DNA from: Macrostomum lignano
Lineage: Eukaryota
DNA: 45,805 nt
Reading direction: 5' to 3'
Assembly (NCBI GenBank): GCA_002269645.1
Contig: NIVC01001627.1
Location: 1-45,805 of the forward strand
Each line of letters starts with the position of its first letter. Position 1 is the first letter of the stretch. Positions 35,202 to 45,805 of the stretch are shown piece after piece. The notes under the pieces are model-generated. The model was not told where the DNA came from. It searched no databases and saw only the letters and a list, made by a program, of their open reading frames with translations. The position numbers were made by a program, and so were the translations under genes.

Positions 35202-36399
35202 GCTGTTGTTGCTGCAGCTGCTGCCGCGGCAACAGTAGCGACGCAGAAGCAGCAAGCTGAAAGAAAGCCAGAACAAAGACCCGGCCACCCCTTAGCAATC
35301 TCCGCTAGGAATCTTCGATTTCCTCCGCTTCATAAACTGCGGGATGCTCTGCTCAAAGCCCTGGAGCTGGAGCCCTAGAGACAATGGCGAACAATTAAAA
35401 ATGTCAGTGTATCGAAAAAGCGACACAGACCACAAAATCACTAAGATGCACATGCAGGTAGAATAAGTTGATAATTAGTCAGATGAAAACGTTGCTTCTG
35501 CAATAGTGCTGTAGCAGCTGGGGTCCTGTTCCAGCTGGACGAGGCACCGGTAAGACCGGAAGAGCAGGCAGTGGCCAGGCTTCATGGCGGGACCTGATCT
35601 CCTGACTGTCGCGCAGGGCGCTGTAGGAGCTGTAGGCACTGCGGACACGCGGGTGCTGTAGAATAGGGTGGGGGGCAACCACACCTCGTATGTAGTTGGC
35701 AACGAGCTCAAAGATATTCGGGGCAGTAGCAGCGAGCGTCCTGCAGGTGGGTCAACGATCGCATCGTCTCTCCGTGGCGAACGGGGCACTGGTCGGGTGG
35801 CAGCACCCTAGGGGGGCAAACCAAAATACATCAATCCCTAGACCGCCGCGTTGGCCACAGCCCCAGCTCGACCGGTTCGGTAGAGAGCACCAGCTGCTGA
35901 TGCTGCTGCTGCTACATGCGGCTGTTGCTGTTTGTTACTGTTGCTGTTGCCACTTTTTGTCCGCCAACTGTGGAATGTGGCCAAGGAGAGATTTCGACAG
36001 GATACTTTTCCTGAAGAATCCTTGGATTTTTTCTGCAGCCACTCGTAACACTCTCGGGGCTGTCGCTCTATACATGTAGTACCCTGCATGGTGTTACCAG
36101 TGCATCGATGAGCGGGTACAGCGTCAGCTCTAGCCGCTCCGATCGGTGGTTGAGTAATCGGTGCCAACCCTCAACACCTCTTTGTTGGTGCTAATAGATC
36201 GGCCGAATACTAGTTTTTTTGGTATGAAGAACCGGGTTCGAAAGCCAAGTTGAATTTACGTAAATCCAGCAGTAGCGGGACAAGTGGCAGTCTCCTTTAG
36301 GCCTCTCTCCATGCTCAGCCAGCAGCTATATGCCAATGCCGTCCGAGCAAATTTGCTGGGTGCGAGGATCCGCCCTGGCCTGTAGGACTGTTGCAAGCC

Positions 36400-36560
36400 C
36401 AGATGCTGTACACGGCGAAAAATTGCTTGTGCGTAAATGGCAAAGCAAAACTGATCAGGCTGCGCAGCATTTCACTCGAGTCAATCAAGCTCAAAGGCCC
36501 TGAAAAACCATCTAATTCGGGAGACTCTACTGTCATCGAAATACTGACAGCATCTTGCAA
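36400..36560 (-). pseudogene. Decayed fragment of a third ANK-TRPM paralog
   Basis: QDAVSISMTVESPELDGFSGPLSLIDSSEMLRSLISFAL aligns with HDVDSMSKTEESPEVQMLFKAFELDSTEMLRSLIGLGL of both channels. The DNA TGATCAGGCTGCGCAGCATTTCA...TCAAGCTCAAAGGCCCTGAA matches ~24612-24660 and ~40818-40865. Confidence 0.75.
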
Positions 36561-38630
36561 GCCAAAAACCGCTTGAAAAACCGCTTAAAAACCAGTTATC
36601 TTTTTATCACTTTACGTTCTACCCTCTTAAGTGTTTCTTACCATCTATATTGGTCAATTTTGGGTGCACACTGTCAAAAATGGATGAAACATGCGCAAAT
36701 TATGTTACATAGACGGCCAGACAAAGACACTGTTTTGTAACCCAGTGTCAAAAAAGAATGCACACTGCCAAAATCGCGACACCTTTTCACTTTCAGTTTT
36801 GAACTACCTGCAGCAGTGCAGGGTTAGGCAAGAAAATTATGACTGTCCGATCATTTTGTGCTTACTTAAATGCTCATTGGTGTTCTTTACATTGCTCAGA
36901 TTGCTTGTTTTTGTTTGTTTCGATTTGCTTGTGTACATCTCAAAGCACATTGCCTGTAAAAGAGAGTCAATACATTGTGATGTAAAAAGTTTTGTGTGTC
37001 CAAAAAGAATGACAGAGTTCAGAAAAGAAGATACTTTATTGCCTATGTTTACCTGTCTTAATCGATTGGAAGATGTCGGGATTGAATTTGCGGAATGGAA
37101 ATTTCAACCTGAAAAACGATAATGCGCATTCTACCCCACTTGACGGAATTGGTTGGCTGTTGTTAGAACTGATTGACTGTTTGTTGGAAATTTATGCCAA
37201 CTGTCGAATCTGTATCGCAGTTTGTCGAAACTGGTTGAAAATCGAAGCTGTCACAACCAAACAGTGTCGGAATTGGATGCCAGAATATTAAAGTTCGATA
37301 TTAAATATCGAATGAACATTTGGAGTTATTGCTATTTAGTAGCTACATCTAATTTATTCTTTAATATGCTGTTTTTGTTCAATCCAAAAAATACACCTGT
37401 ATTTGCTATTACCCTTTGTTCGTTCGACAAATCCTAATTATATACGCATCGTACAAACTAATAATAAGTTGTTTTTTCACTTTCTTTATATTTTTATCCT
37501 TGCTTTTCTAAGAATAAATACTGGAACGCATCAGACAATAAATAAAGCATCGGATAAGCACTGCATGATCCGTTAAAGTATAAAATTCTAAGAGAAACAC
37601 TTAGCTGTCTAAAGAGGCAACTGGACAGTTGGCAGGTAAACAGGTGAGCGGCTCAGGCGTTTCACAGGCTTAAAATAGACAAAACAAACCTTGAGCACAA
37701 ATTATAACGAAGATAAAATAAATAATATAGATAAAAACAGCTAAACACAGCTAGGGACGAATTGTAGGACAAAAAGAGTACTCAGGGGATATTTTAGGAC
37801 AAACACAACAGCTAAGAATCATTGTGGGAAAAACATAGCAGTTAAAGCCCGGTTTAAAGTGCCATCAAGGAGACAATTTCTGCCAGTTCAAACTACTTGT
37901 ACTTATTTTTTCGTAGTTTTGTAGGACTGCGCCTTACAGTAAGATGTAAGATGGCAAGAAAAACGCAGATATATTCGAAAAATTACATGAAAACAACGCG
38001 AATGAATACAATGTTACCGTAGAAGTGAGTAAGAATATAAAATCAATTTATGGAATAAAAAAGTTCTTAGAAACGTGTTCCTTCCGATCACAAGCCCTGG
38101 TGAGTACTTCCGCTCAAGTTGTTAAAGTTTGAAAATTTCACAAAAATAATAACAAAGCAAGTTGAGAAAAAACAGCGAGAGACACGAGCAAAAATTAAAT
38201 ACCATGATGTAACTACAGTCGTCAACACAGTTCATTGGAATAATTAGGAAGCTGCTCGTGTATTTATCATTTTCAATACCCAAATGAATTGGTTTCCAAT
38301 TCAATGTATTGATTCAGGCGGCTTAGCTATTTAAAAAACATTAAATTCAAGTTAAATAATTAGAATCAGTAACGAAAGTTAGTCAATCCGGTGGCAAATC
38401 AAAACAAACAAATGAGACTCTGAGCAGGAGCTCGGGCCAGTCTCGATCCACTGAGCTCATCCTGCAATTAGGGAATCAGTCTGAGAACTGAGCTGAAGAA
38501 TGAATTTTGAAAATGACTAGAATGTACATCTAAATCATTGAGTAGCTAATCAGCTAAGTTCAAGAGTACGAGCATAAGTATTTACGAGTATTAACTTGAG
38601 ATATACGGCCAATTACACTGGAACGGCTCT

Positions 38631-41600
38631 TTACTGCTGTCTCTGCTGTTGCATCTGCTGTAAAATGCTCATCACATTGGTCATTTGTTGCTGCAGTTTG
38701 TCCAACCTTTCATCCATTTTCTCGTTGTCTTCTCTCTGAGTAGCGAGCAAGTCCTTGACCTGGTTCTCAACGTGCGCCTTGAGCACATCGATGTCGCCTT
38801 TGTTGCGCTCCACAGGCCACTGCAGCCGGGGCCGGTGTTCTCGCAGCTGCTCAGACTGGTAGATGAGGAAGCGCTTGAAGTCCTTGGGGTAGCCGCTGAA
38901 GTCCTCGGTGTGCTGCCACCACGGCTAAAGCGGAAGAGTGTCTTATGTAAATGGAACAACAACGTCAATTAAATAATAAATATAACAAACACTAAGTGTC
39001 TAGAAATTTGAAACAAAATAACGAATCATTCCGCTCTGATGAGTTTGGCAAAATGCCTACATGAAAATAGTCTGACATATAATTGCATTTTTGGTCGGCA
39101 AAAGCTGCTCACCTTCGAACTTTCAGCACCATCAGCTGGGCTGACTTCACCGGATCGTGGCTGGCACCGACAAGCGTGGCACCTTTGCAGAAGTTTCCAG
39201 GCGTAGTGCGGGAACGACAGCGGTGGCGGAACTGGACTGACCTCCGCGAACTCCTGCAGCAGCTCGAATAGATTCCTGCGCCACAGAACCTCCGCCCTGC
39301 TGGCCAACTCCGTCACGGTGCGGCTGAACAGCGCGATCAGCAGGTTCCACATCACGATGTTCACCAGTAGGAGGTACACAAACACCAGAATTCCGTTGTA
39401 AGCCTTATTTCCAGCTTCATCCGCACAGGACTCTCCAGTCGCGAGGCTGCTGGAGCTGCACGACTCGAACTGCGCGCTCTCCACCATTCCGAAGGCCAGC
39501 GACACGGGCACCGTGAAAATCTTTGTCAGAGCCTGAGCATCTCTTGAGTCTGAGAAGGCCGGAAACAGCAGGTTGAAGAAGAAGATGCCGAATGAGTACA
39601 CCAGCACCAGCAAGACCAGCATGAATGGCACCAGGTCGCTGAACAGCAAGCTCTTTAGCATATTGATTTTCGGCCCGGTGACCTTGAAGTAGCTGAGCAG
39701 GGCCACGGAGCGGAAGCCGAGAAACAGGAATGAGACGCTGAGCACAACCTGGCAGCTTCGCAGGAGGCTGGGGTCGCTCAAGTGGCCGAGCAGCTTCAGG
39801 ACCAGACCTGCCCACATCAGCAGCAGTCCAGCCATGTCAAAGTAGTTGAACAGGTCAATGAAGTAGCGTGGAATTCTCATGTCACGCCCGAGTATTGTCA
39901 AGTCCTTCAGAGAAATACTGTTAATAAAGTCATTCACTTCCTGCAGCGTGAAGGACAGTGCGTACAACAGCAGGATGATGTCTGGCACTGGAGATTGTTG
40001 AGTCCGACTGAAGTCCGTCACGTACCAGGCAAAGTAGAGCAGGAAGACCAGGAAGAAGATGGAGTAGATGATGAATCGCTGTTGAATTGTGACTTTTGCT
40101 GAAATGTTGCAGGTGCAACAGCGTTGAGGTCTGCTCCAGGACAACGGTGGATGCCTCTTCCAATGCTGCTCCACCAAATTGCTGATGCACTCAGTTGCGA
40201 ACAAGTCGTCGCAGTCCAGAGTCTCTACAAGGTCCATGACTGATTTGAACTTTTGAGACGCTGTATCATTTTCGGAAGAAAGTTTCCGTGCTTCGTTGCT
40301 CCTTTTCTGTTGAGGCTTGTCATTGTCCGCATGGGAGCTTTCCCGTCGCAGGAGTGATGAATGAGGTGCCAAAAACCTCGGCCCAGCATTGCGCTGGTCT
40401 TCCGAAACACGAAACGAACCAGTCAGGTAGGTGAACAGAAGTTCTCGCGTGTCTTCATCAGCATTTGCGTAAAGGTGGTCCAGAATGTTGATAATGGTGT
40501 TATAAGCTTGAAGTTGCACTCTCTGAAGAATCTCACTCTTATCGACTTTCGTCTTTAGGTAAGTGAGCAGTCTCAGGGTCTGAGGAATGATGTCGAATTG
40601 AGGCAACAACATGAGGTCAGTGAGAAGCTTTGGCTTCTCGAGCAGCACAGCGTATTCCATCAGCACAAGAGCTTTCGAATTTCCGTCTTGTACTGAAAAA
40701 TATTGCAACAAAGTAGTCATAATCGGAGACTTAGCATTCGGCTGCTTTTTGCTGATCTGTGCCAAAATATGCTTAGAAAACTGGTCATAAATCTCATCAT
40801 TGACAAGGCCCAAACCGATCAGGCTGCGCAGCATTTCAGTTGAGTCAAGCTCGAAGGCCCTGAACAGCATCTGTACTTCAGGAGACTCTTCTGTCTTCGA
40901 CATGCGTTCAACATCGTGCTCAGTCTTTTTATCATTTTTCTTTCTGCCTTCTTGTGCATCTTTCGGTGTAGAAGTTCTATCCTTCTGAATGCTGGCCTTA
41001 AGCGAGGAGTCATTAAATTTAGTCAGGTGATTCCGTGCGCTCTGCTTGTCAGGAAGTTTCAGTGCCTTTTTTGCTACATCCACTAACGTGAGCAGTTCCC
41101 TGAGGCTGAAGGACTTCTCTGTCGGAAATTTATTGATATCATTTGCTACCTCAATGAGAACTTCGAGTTTCCCCTTGTTGTAAGCGAAATCGACGCATGT
41201 TTGCCCAGCTGCCGTCTCATCCTGCAGTTTCGCACCATTCTGAAGAAGGTATTCGATGTTCTCTTTGTGACCAGATTCGCAAGCAAAGTGAAGACACGTT
41301 GCTCCTTTTAGAGGACCGTCGGAGACACGAACAGCTAAAAATTTTTCGGAACTGAGATCACAGAGATTTCCTAATTCTTGAACAATTTCTTTTAGGTCGA
41401 ATCTTGAACAAAAAACATGAACTACGTGCAGACCCTCCGAGTTTCGTTGAAGGTTTTTCAAAATTGCTGTAACCGGAGATTTCTTAAGAGCATTCAAAAC
41501 TTTGGCTAAATGAAATTCATACGCTTCTGAAGCAAACAGACAGTTTTGTTTCGATTCGTTTTCGGCTGCAGGATCAACACCCCGATCGACAAGCAATTTT

Positions 41601-44600
41601 ACGCGATCGATGAGCATTTCCAGTTCATCTGAAGTCCAAAAGTAATTCAAATTTCTGAACAGTGCATGCAACATATTGTTGCCTTTCAAGTCAGTTTCAT
41701 GCATATCTACCAGATCTTCTTGGCCCACCATTTTGACCTGCTCAAGCAGCCATCGGAAAACATCCGGAAATGTGCAGTTCATGACGGAATGGTAGAACTG
41801 GGTTTGCTGCAAATCATTGGCGACAGTCAAGCAGTCTCTCCATGAAAGTTTCTCAATCAGAACAGAGATTGTTGACAAATTTTGATAACAAAAAGCGTAA
41901 TGAAGGACAGTGCTTTCATCATCATCTCTGGAGAGGAGCTGCTGTGTATTTTTGACTTCGGAAGCGAGCCACATTAGCAGTGAAGGATCCCAGCTGTTTT
42001 CAGCTGCTACGTGCAAAATTGTTCGGTTTCTGGGGCCCTCAGCGGAAACGCACTTTTGCAAACCGAGTTCATTTGCCAATGCCTGAAGAGTGTCAAATTC
42101 TTGGCATTTAAAAGCAACATACACGGCGCTTTTTCCATCGTTTGTATCAAAGAATCGCTGCTTGTCTTCGATTTCAGAAACAAGCCACAGCAGCACTGAC
42201 GGATTTTCACTGTTTTTTGCTGCGGCGTGCAAAATTGTCCGACATTTGGAACCCTTAGAAGAAACACATTTTTGCAAAGTGAGCTCCGCGGCCAATGCCT
42301 GTAGAGTGTCTATTTCTTGGTAATTGAAAGCAACATACAAGGCACTTTTTCCATCCTTGTCAGGGTCGAAGAATCGCTGCTTGTCTTCTACTTCAGAAGC
42401 GAGCCACAGTAGCACTGACGGATTATATCTGTTTTCAGCTGCGACATGCAAAATTGAGCGATTCCAGGCGCTTTTCAAAGAAAAGCATTTTTTCAAATCG
42501 AGCTTAGTTGCCAGCGTACGGTTAGTGTCCAAGTTTTGACAATTGAAAGCAACGTGCACGGCACTCTCTCCATCTTCGTCTGGATCGAAGAATTGTCTCT
42601 TATTTTTAACTTCAGAAGCGACCCACAATAGCACTGATGGATTAGATCCATTTTCAGCTGCGGCGTGCAAAATCGTCCGACATCTGGGACCCTTGGATAA
42701 AATGCACTTTTGTAGACTGAGCTTCGTTACCAATGCCTGCAGAGTGCCCGAGTTTTGGTATCTGAAAGCAACGTGCACGGGACACTCTCCATCTTCGTCT
42801 GGATCGAATAATCGCTGCTTGTCTTCTATTTCGGAAACAAGCCACAGAAGCACTGACGGATCCTCACTGTTCTCAGCTGCGGCGTGCAAAATTGTGCGAT
42901 TTCTTGGGTTTTTAAAGGAAACACACTTACGCAAATCGAGTTCTATAGCCAGTTCCTGAAGAGCGTCCGAGTTTTGGCAACTGAAAGCAACATACACGGC
43001 ACTCTCTCCATCTTCGTCTGGATCGAAGAATTGCTGCTTGCCTTCAACTTCGGAAACGAGCCACAATAGCACTGACGGATCAGATCCATTTTCAGATGCG
43101 GCATGCAAGATTGTCCGACGCATGGGACCCTTGGCGGAAAGGCATTTTTTCAAGCCAAGCTCCGTTGCCAATTCCTGAAGAGTGTCCGAGTTTTGGCATC
43201 TGAAAGCAACGTGAATGGCGCTCTCTCTATCCTCGTCTGGATCGAAGAATCGCTGCTTGTCTTCCACTTCGGAAACGAGCCACAGAAGCACTGACGGATC
43301 CTCACTGTTTTCAGCTGCGGCGTGCAAAATTGTGCGATTTCTTGGACCTTTAGAGGAAACGCACTTTAGCAAATTGAGTTCTATAGCCATTTCCTGAAGA
43401 GTGTCTGAGTTTTGGCATCTGAAAGCAACATGGACAGCACTCTCTCCATCCTCGTCGGGATCAAAGAATCGCTGGTTGTTTTTAATTTCAGAAGCGACCC
43501 ACAGTAGCACTGACGGGATGGACCCGTTTTCAGCTGCGGCGTGCAAAAGTGTCCGACATCTGGGACCTTTGGAAAAAACATAGTTTTGCAAACTGAAGTC
43601 CGTTGCCAATTTCTGAAGAGTTTCCGAGTTTTGGCATCTGAAAGCAAGATGCACAGCACTCTGTCTATCCTCGTCTGGATCGAAGAATCGCTGCTTTTCT
43701 TCCAATTCGGAAACGAGCCACAGGAACACTGACGGATCCTCACTGTTTTCAGCTGCGGCGTGCAAAATTGTGCGATTTCTAGGGCCTTTCACAGAAATAC
43801 ATTTTTTCAAGCCCAGTTCCTTTGCCAACGTCTGAAGAGTGTCCAAGTTTAAGCAGCTGAAAGCAACGTGTATGGCGCTCTCTCTATCCTCGTCTGGATC
43901 GAAGAATCGCTGCTTGTCTTCCACTTCAGAAACGAGCCACAGAAGCACTGACGGGATGGATCTGTTTTCAGCTGCAGCATGCGAAATTGTTCTCCTTCTA
44001 GGACCCTTGGCGGAAACGCAGCTTTGCAAGCCGAGCTCCGTTGTCAATGCCTGAAGAGTGTCCAACTCTTGGTAATTGAAAGCAACATACACGGCACTTT
44101 TTCCATCCTCGTCTGGATCGAAGAATCGCTGCTTGTCTTCAACTTTAGCAACAAGCCACAGAAGCACTGACGGATCCTCACTGATCATTGCCGTAATGTG
44201 TAAGATCTGTCTTCCCTGGCATTTGACAGATAGGCAGTTTTTTAAACTGAGCTCCGTTGCCAATGTCTGAAGAGTCTCCAAATCTTGATATTCGAAAGCA
44301 ACATGCACGGCACTCTTTCCATCATTGTCTTTAATGAAGAACTGCTGTTTGTCTTTGACTGTAGAAGCAAGCCAACGAAGCAAATCTGGGTTTTGGCTGT
44401 TTTGAGCAGATATGTGCAAGGGTGTTCTCATCTCAGCATTCGGCTCTTTGATCAGCTGTTGTCCACATTTGTCCCAAATAATTTGCAGTGATTGGACTGC
44501 CGAGTCTGTCTGCTTGCAGCAGCAGGCAAAATGAAGAATGTTGTTGTTTTTATCACTTTTTACTCTGAGGCACAGATCAGGAAGTCTTTCTGTCAAGACT

Positions 44601-44851
44601 TTTAGCAGCTGGGTGTTGGAAGTGACTACTGTCATAAACAGCAATGCTTTCGCTTGTATATCATTCTGATCCTCAATGCACTCTTTTAATGTCTTTGCTA
44701 TTCTGTTCTGCTCTTCAATTTCGTCATTCTGGCAAGCTTTGAGCAATTCCCTGTGCCATGCTCTGCACTGGCTGTCTGCGTCGCTCCAGATGGATTCGAA
44801 ATCAAATTCATACTGTCCAAACTCGTTTAAGTCGAAGTCCTCATCATCCAT
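38631..44851 (-). CDS. Ankyrin-array TRPM-like cation channel, paralog B; exons 44851-39113 and 38924-38631, ~2010 aa
   Basis: Same architecture as paralog A, with 12 di-ankyrin units. Donor AAG|GTGAGC at 39112 and acceptor CTTTAG| at 38925 (phase 0, same position as in A). First ATG (MDDEDF) at 44851; the listed ORF start at 44935 is a GTG. Confidence 0.9.
41870..44430 (-). repeat. Coding tandem array of 12 x ~219-bp (73-aa) di-ankyrin units in paralog B
   Basis: Twelve (R/Q)T/S(I/L)LH..A.N...P..L.W motifs counted in the translation. Confidence 0.92.
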
Positions 44852-45660
44852 TGTGAGCGTCTCGCACAGCTGTGAATTCTCCTGGCTGTAAAACAGTAAT
44901 TGCTTGTTTAGATCAACGGTCGGCAAACTTTCCACCCGTTCTATAAAGCCATCGTAAGATAAGATCGTTCTTAGCTCCTATCTCCGTAGTTCTCCGTAGG
45001 TTCCGACGTACGATCGAGCTTACGCTACGACGGCTTTATTATACGACCCCTTTGTCCCGCGGGCCACATACGGCAGCGGAGCCTCTCTATCCCAACCTCG
45101 GCCCTCGGGTCCTTAAAAGCTTCACAATAGCAACCGGGTCCGCTCACTTCTCTCTTCTCCTCTCTCCTTTTCTATCATCTGCCTTCTCTCTTCTCTCCTG
45201 GCTAGTTTCATATTCGATTATAAATCAGTTGAATTGCATCGCTCGCATTCAATAAATATCATACCGGTATATTAAAAAATCTTTTACCGACTGAAATCTT
45301 GGTCAAAGTTTAAATAATCTATCGGCCCAAGATTGCTAGAAGAATGAGTGTTAAAATCCCGTACTCCGCCACTACTCCCTACTGCCTCTTCTCTCTACGC
45401 TCGTACATAGAGGATGACTTTACTGAAACCAATGCTGTCTGCCAGGACATTCGGAGCATGGATGAATAATCACTGAAGTGACCTCTAGGATGCCCGCCCG
45501 ATTCCCTGGCTACAAAGATTTCTGCAGCGATCTTGACAGGCACAGTCAACTTGGTGACGTCTTGTAGAGTGTTCTACCTCCCGTTAAGAGCAAGAATTAG
45601 AAATCTTAGAATGCTACTGTAAGTAAGCTAGTGCATGCATGCGCACCTAAACTTTAGAAA

Positions 45661-45770
45661 TGAATCATGATACTATTTATAGCAGTAGAGTGATTCATGT
45701 TACTAATTATAGCACGCAATGAGTCATGTTACCCCTTATAGCGCAACACATGAGTCATGATACTATTTTT
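45661..45770. repeat. ~30-bp minisatellite in which each unit starts with an AP-1-like heptamer
   Basis: TGAATCA 45661, TGATTCA 45691, TGAGTCA 45720 and TGAGTCA 45751, each followed by TG(A/T)TAC and, in the first three units, ...TATAGC. Confidence 0.8.
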
Positions 45771-45805
45771 GGATCACCAAATCGTCTATAAATACAAGAG
45801 GCCCA

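Larger units (their letters stand above)
20622..44930 (-). repeat. Tandem segmental duplication: ~20622-28290 is paralogous to ~37510-44930 (gene plus ~1.1-1.8 kb of 3' flank)
   Basis: Shared flank (AAGAATAAATA.TGGAAC.CA.CAGACAATAAATAAAG at 20622 and 37510; AAAGCCC..TGAGTACTTC.GCTCAAG at ~21634 and ~38093), shared intron position and colinear coding sequence. Confidence 0.9.

Noticed and set aside
36691-37437. 143-aa and shorter ORFs with hydrophobic stretches
   Set aside because: AT-rich, no motifs and no usable splice structure; treated as non-coding.
22379-44851. Calling the channels TRPA1 or TRPN/NompC because of the many ankyrins
   Set aside because: The TM, pore and TRP-domain motifs look TRPM-like and the repeats are 73-aa pairs, so no gene symbol was assigned.
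22851-44891. Dozens of short overlapping ORFs on both strands within the two channel genes
   Set aside because: Shadow frames of long repetitive coding exons; they recur with the 219-bp period.

Overview
This is eukaryotic (metazoan) genomic DNA: GC-rich exons, AT-rich spacers, GT-AG introns and many decayed transposons. The style suggests an invertebrate such as a free-living flatworm, but that is inference only. Splicing the ORF track by hand gives four main genes. (1) A + strand vWA + DUF4537/C11orf16-like gene (2007-3002 + 3284-4681, ~797 aa). (2) A - strand three-exon gene in which ~10 ankyrin repeats are fused in frame to a Mab-21/cGAS-like (cGLR) nucleotidyltransferase with an intact catalytic triad (11665-10542, 9941-9592, 9361-7902, ~977 aa). 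(3, 4) Two tandem - strand paralogs (28217-22379, ~1882 aa; 44851-38631, ~2010 aa) encoding a TRPM-type channel domain whose N-terminus is an array of 73-aa di-ankyrin units (10 vs 12 copies) instead of the usual TRPM homology regions. A decayed fragment of a third paralog lies at ~36.4-36.6 kb. Intergenic DNA holds remnants of Tc1, a pogo-type MITE, DIRS/Ngaro, Penelope, RTE, an RNase H non-LTR element and possibly Crypton, plus several minisatellites, including a 168-bp array with kappaB-like palindromes and a ~30-bp array with AP-1 motifs. The most interesting hypothesis is a candidate innate-immune locus pairing an ankyrin-cGLR second-messenger synthase with diversifying ankyrin-TRPM channels. 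The two domain architectures are read from the sequence; the functional link is inference.
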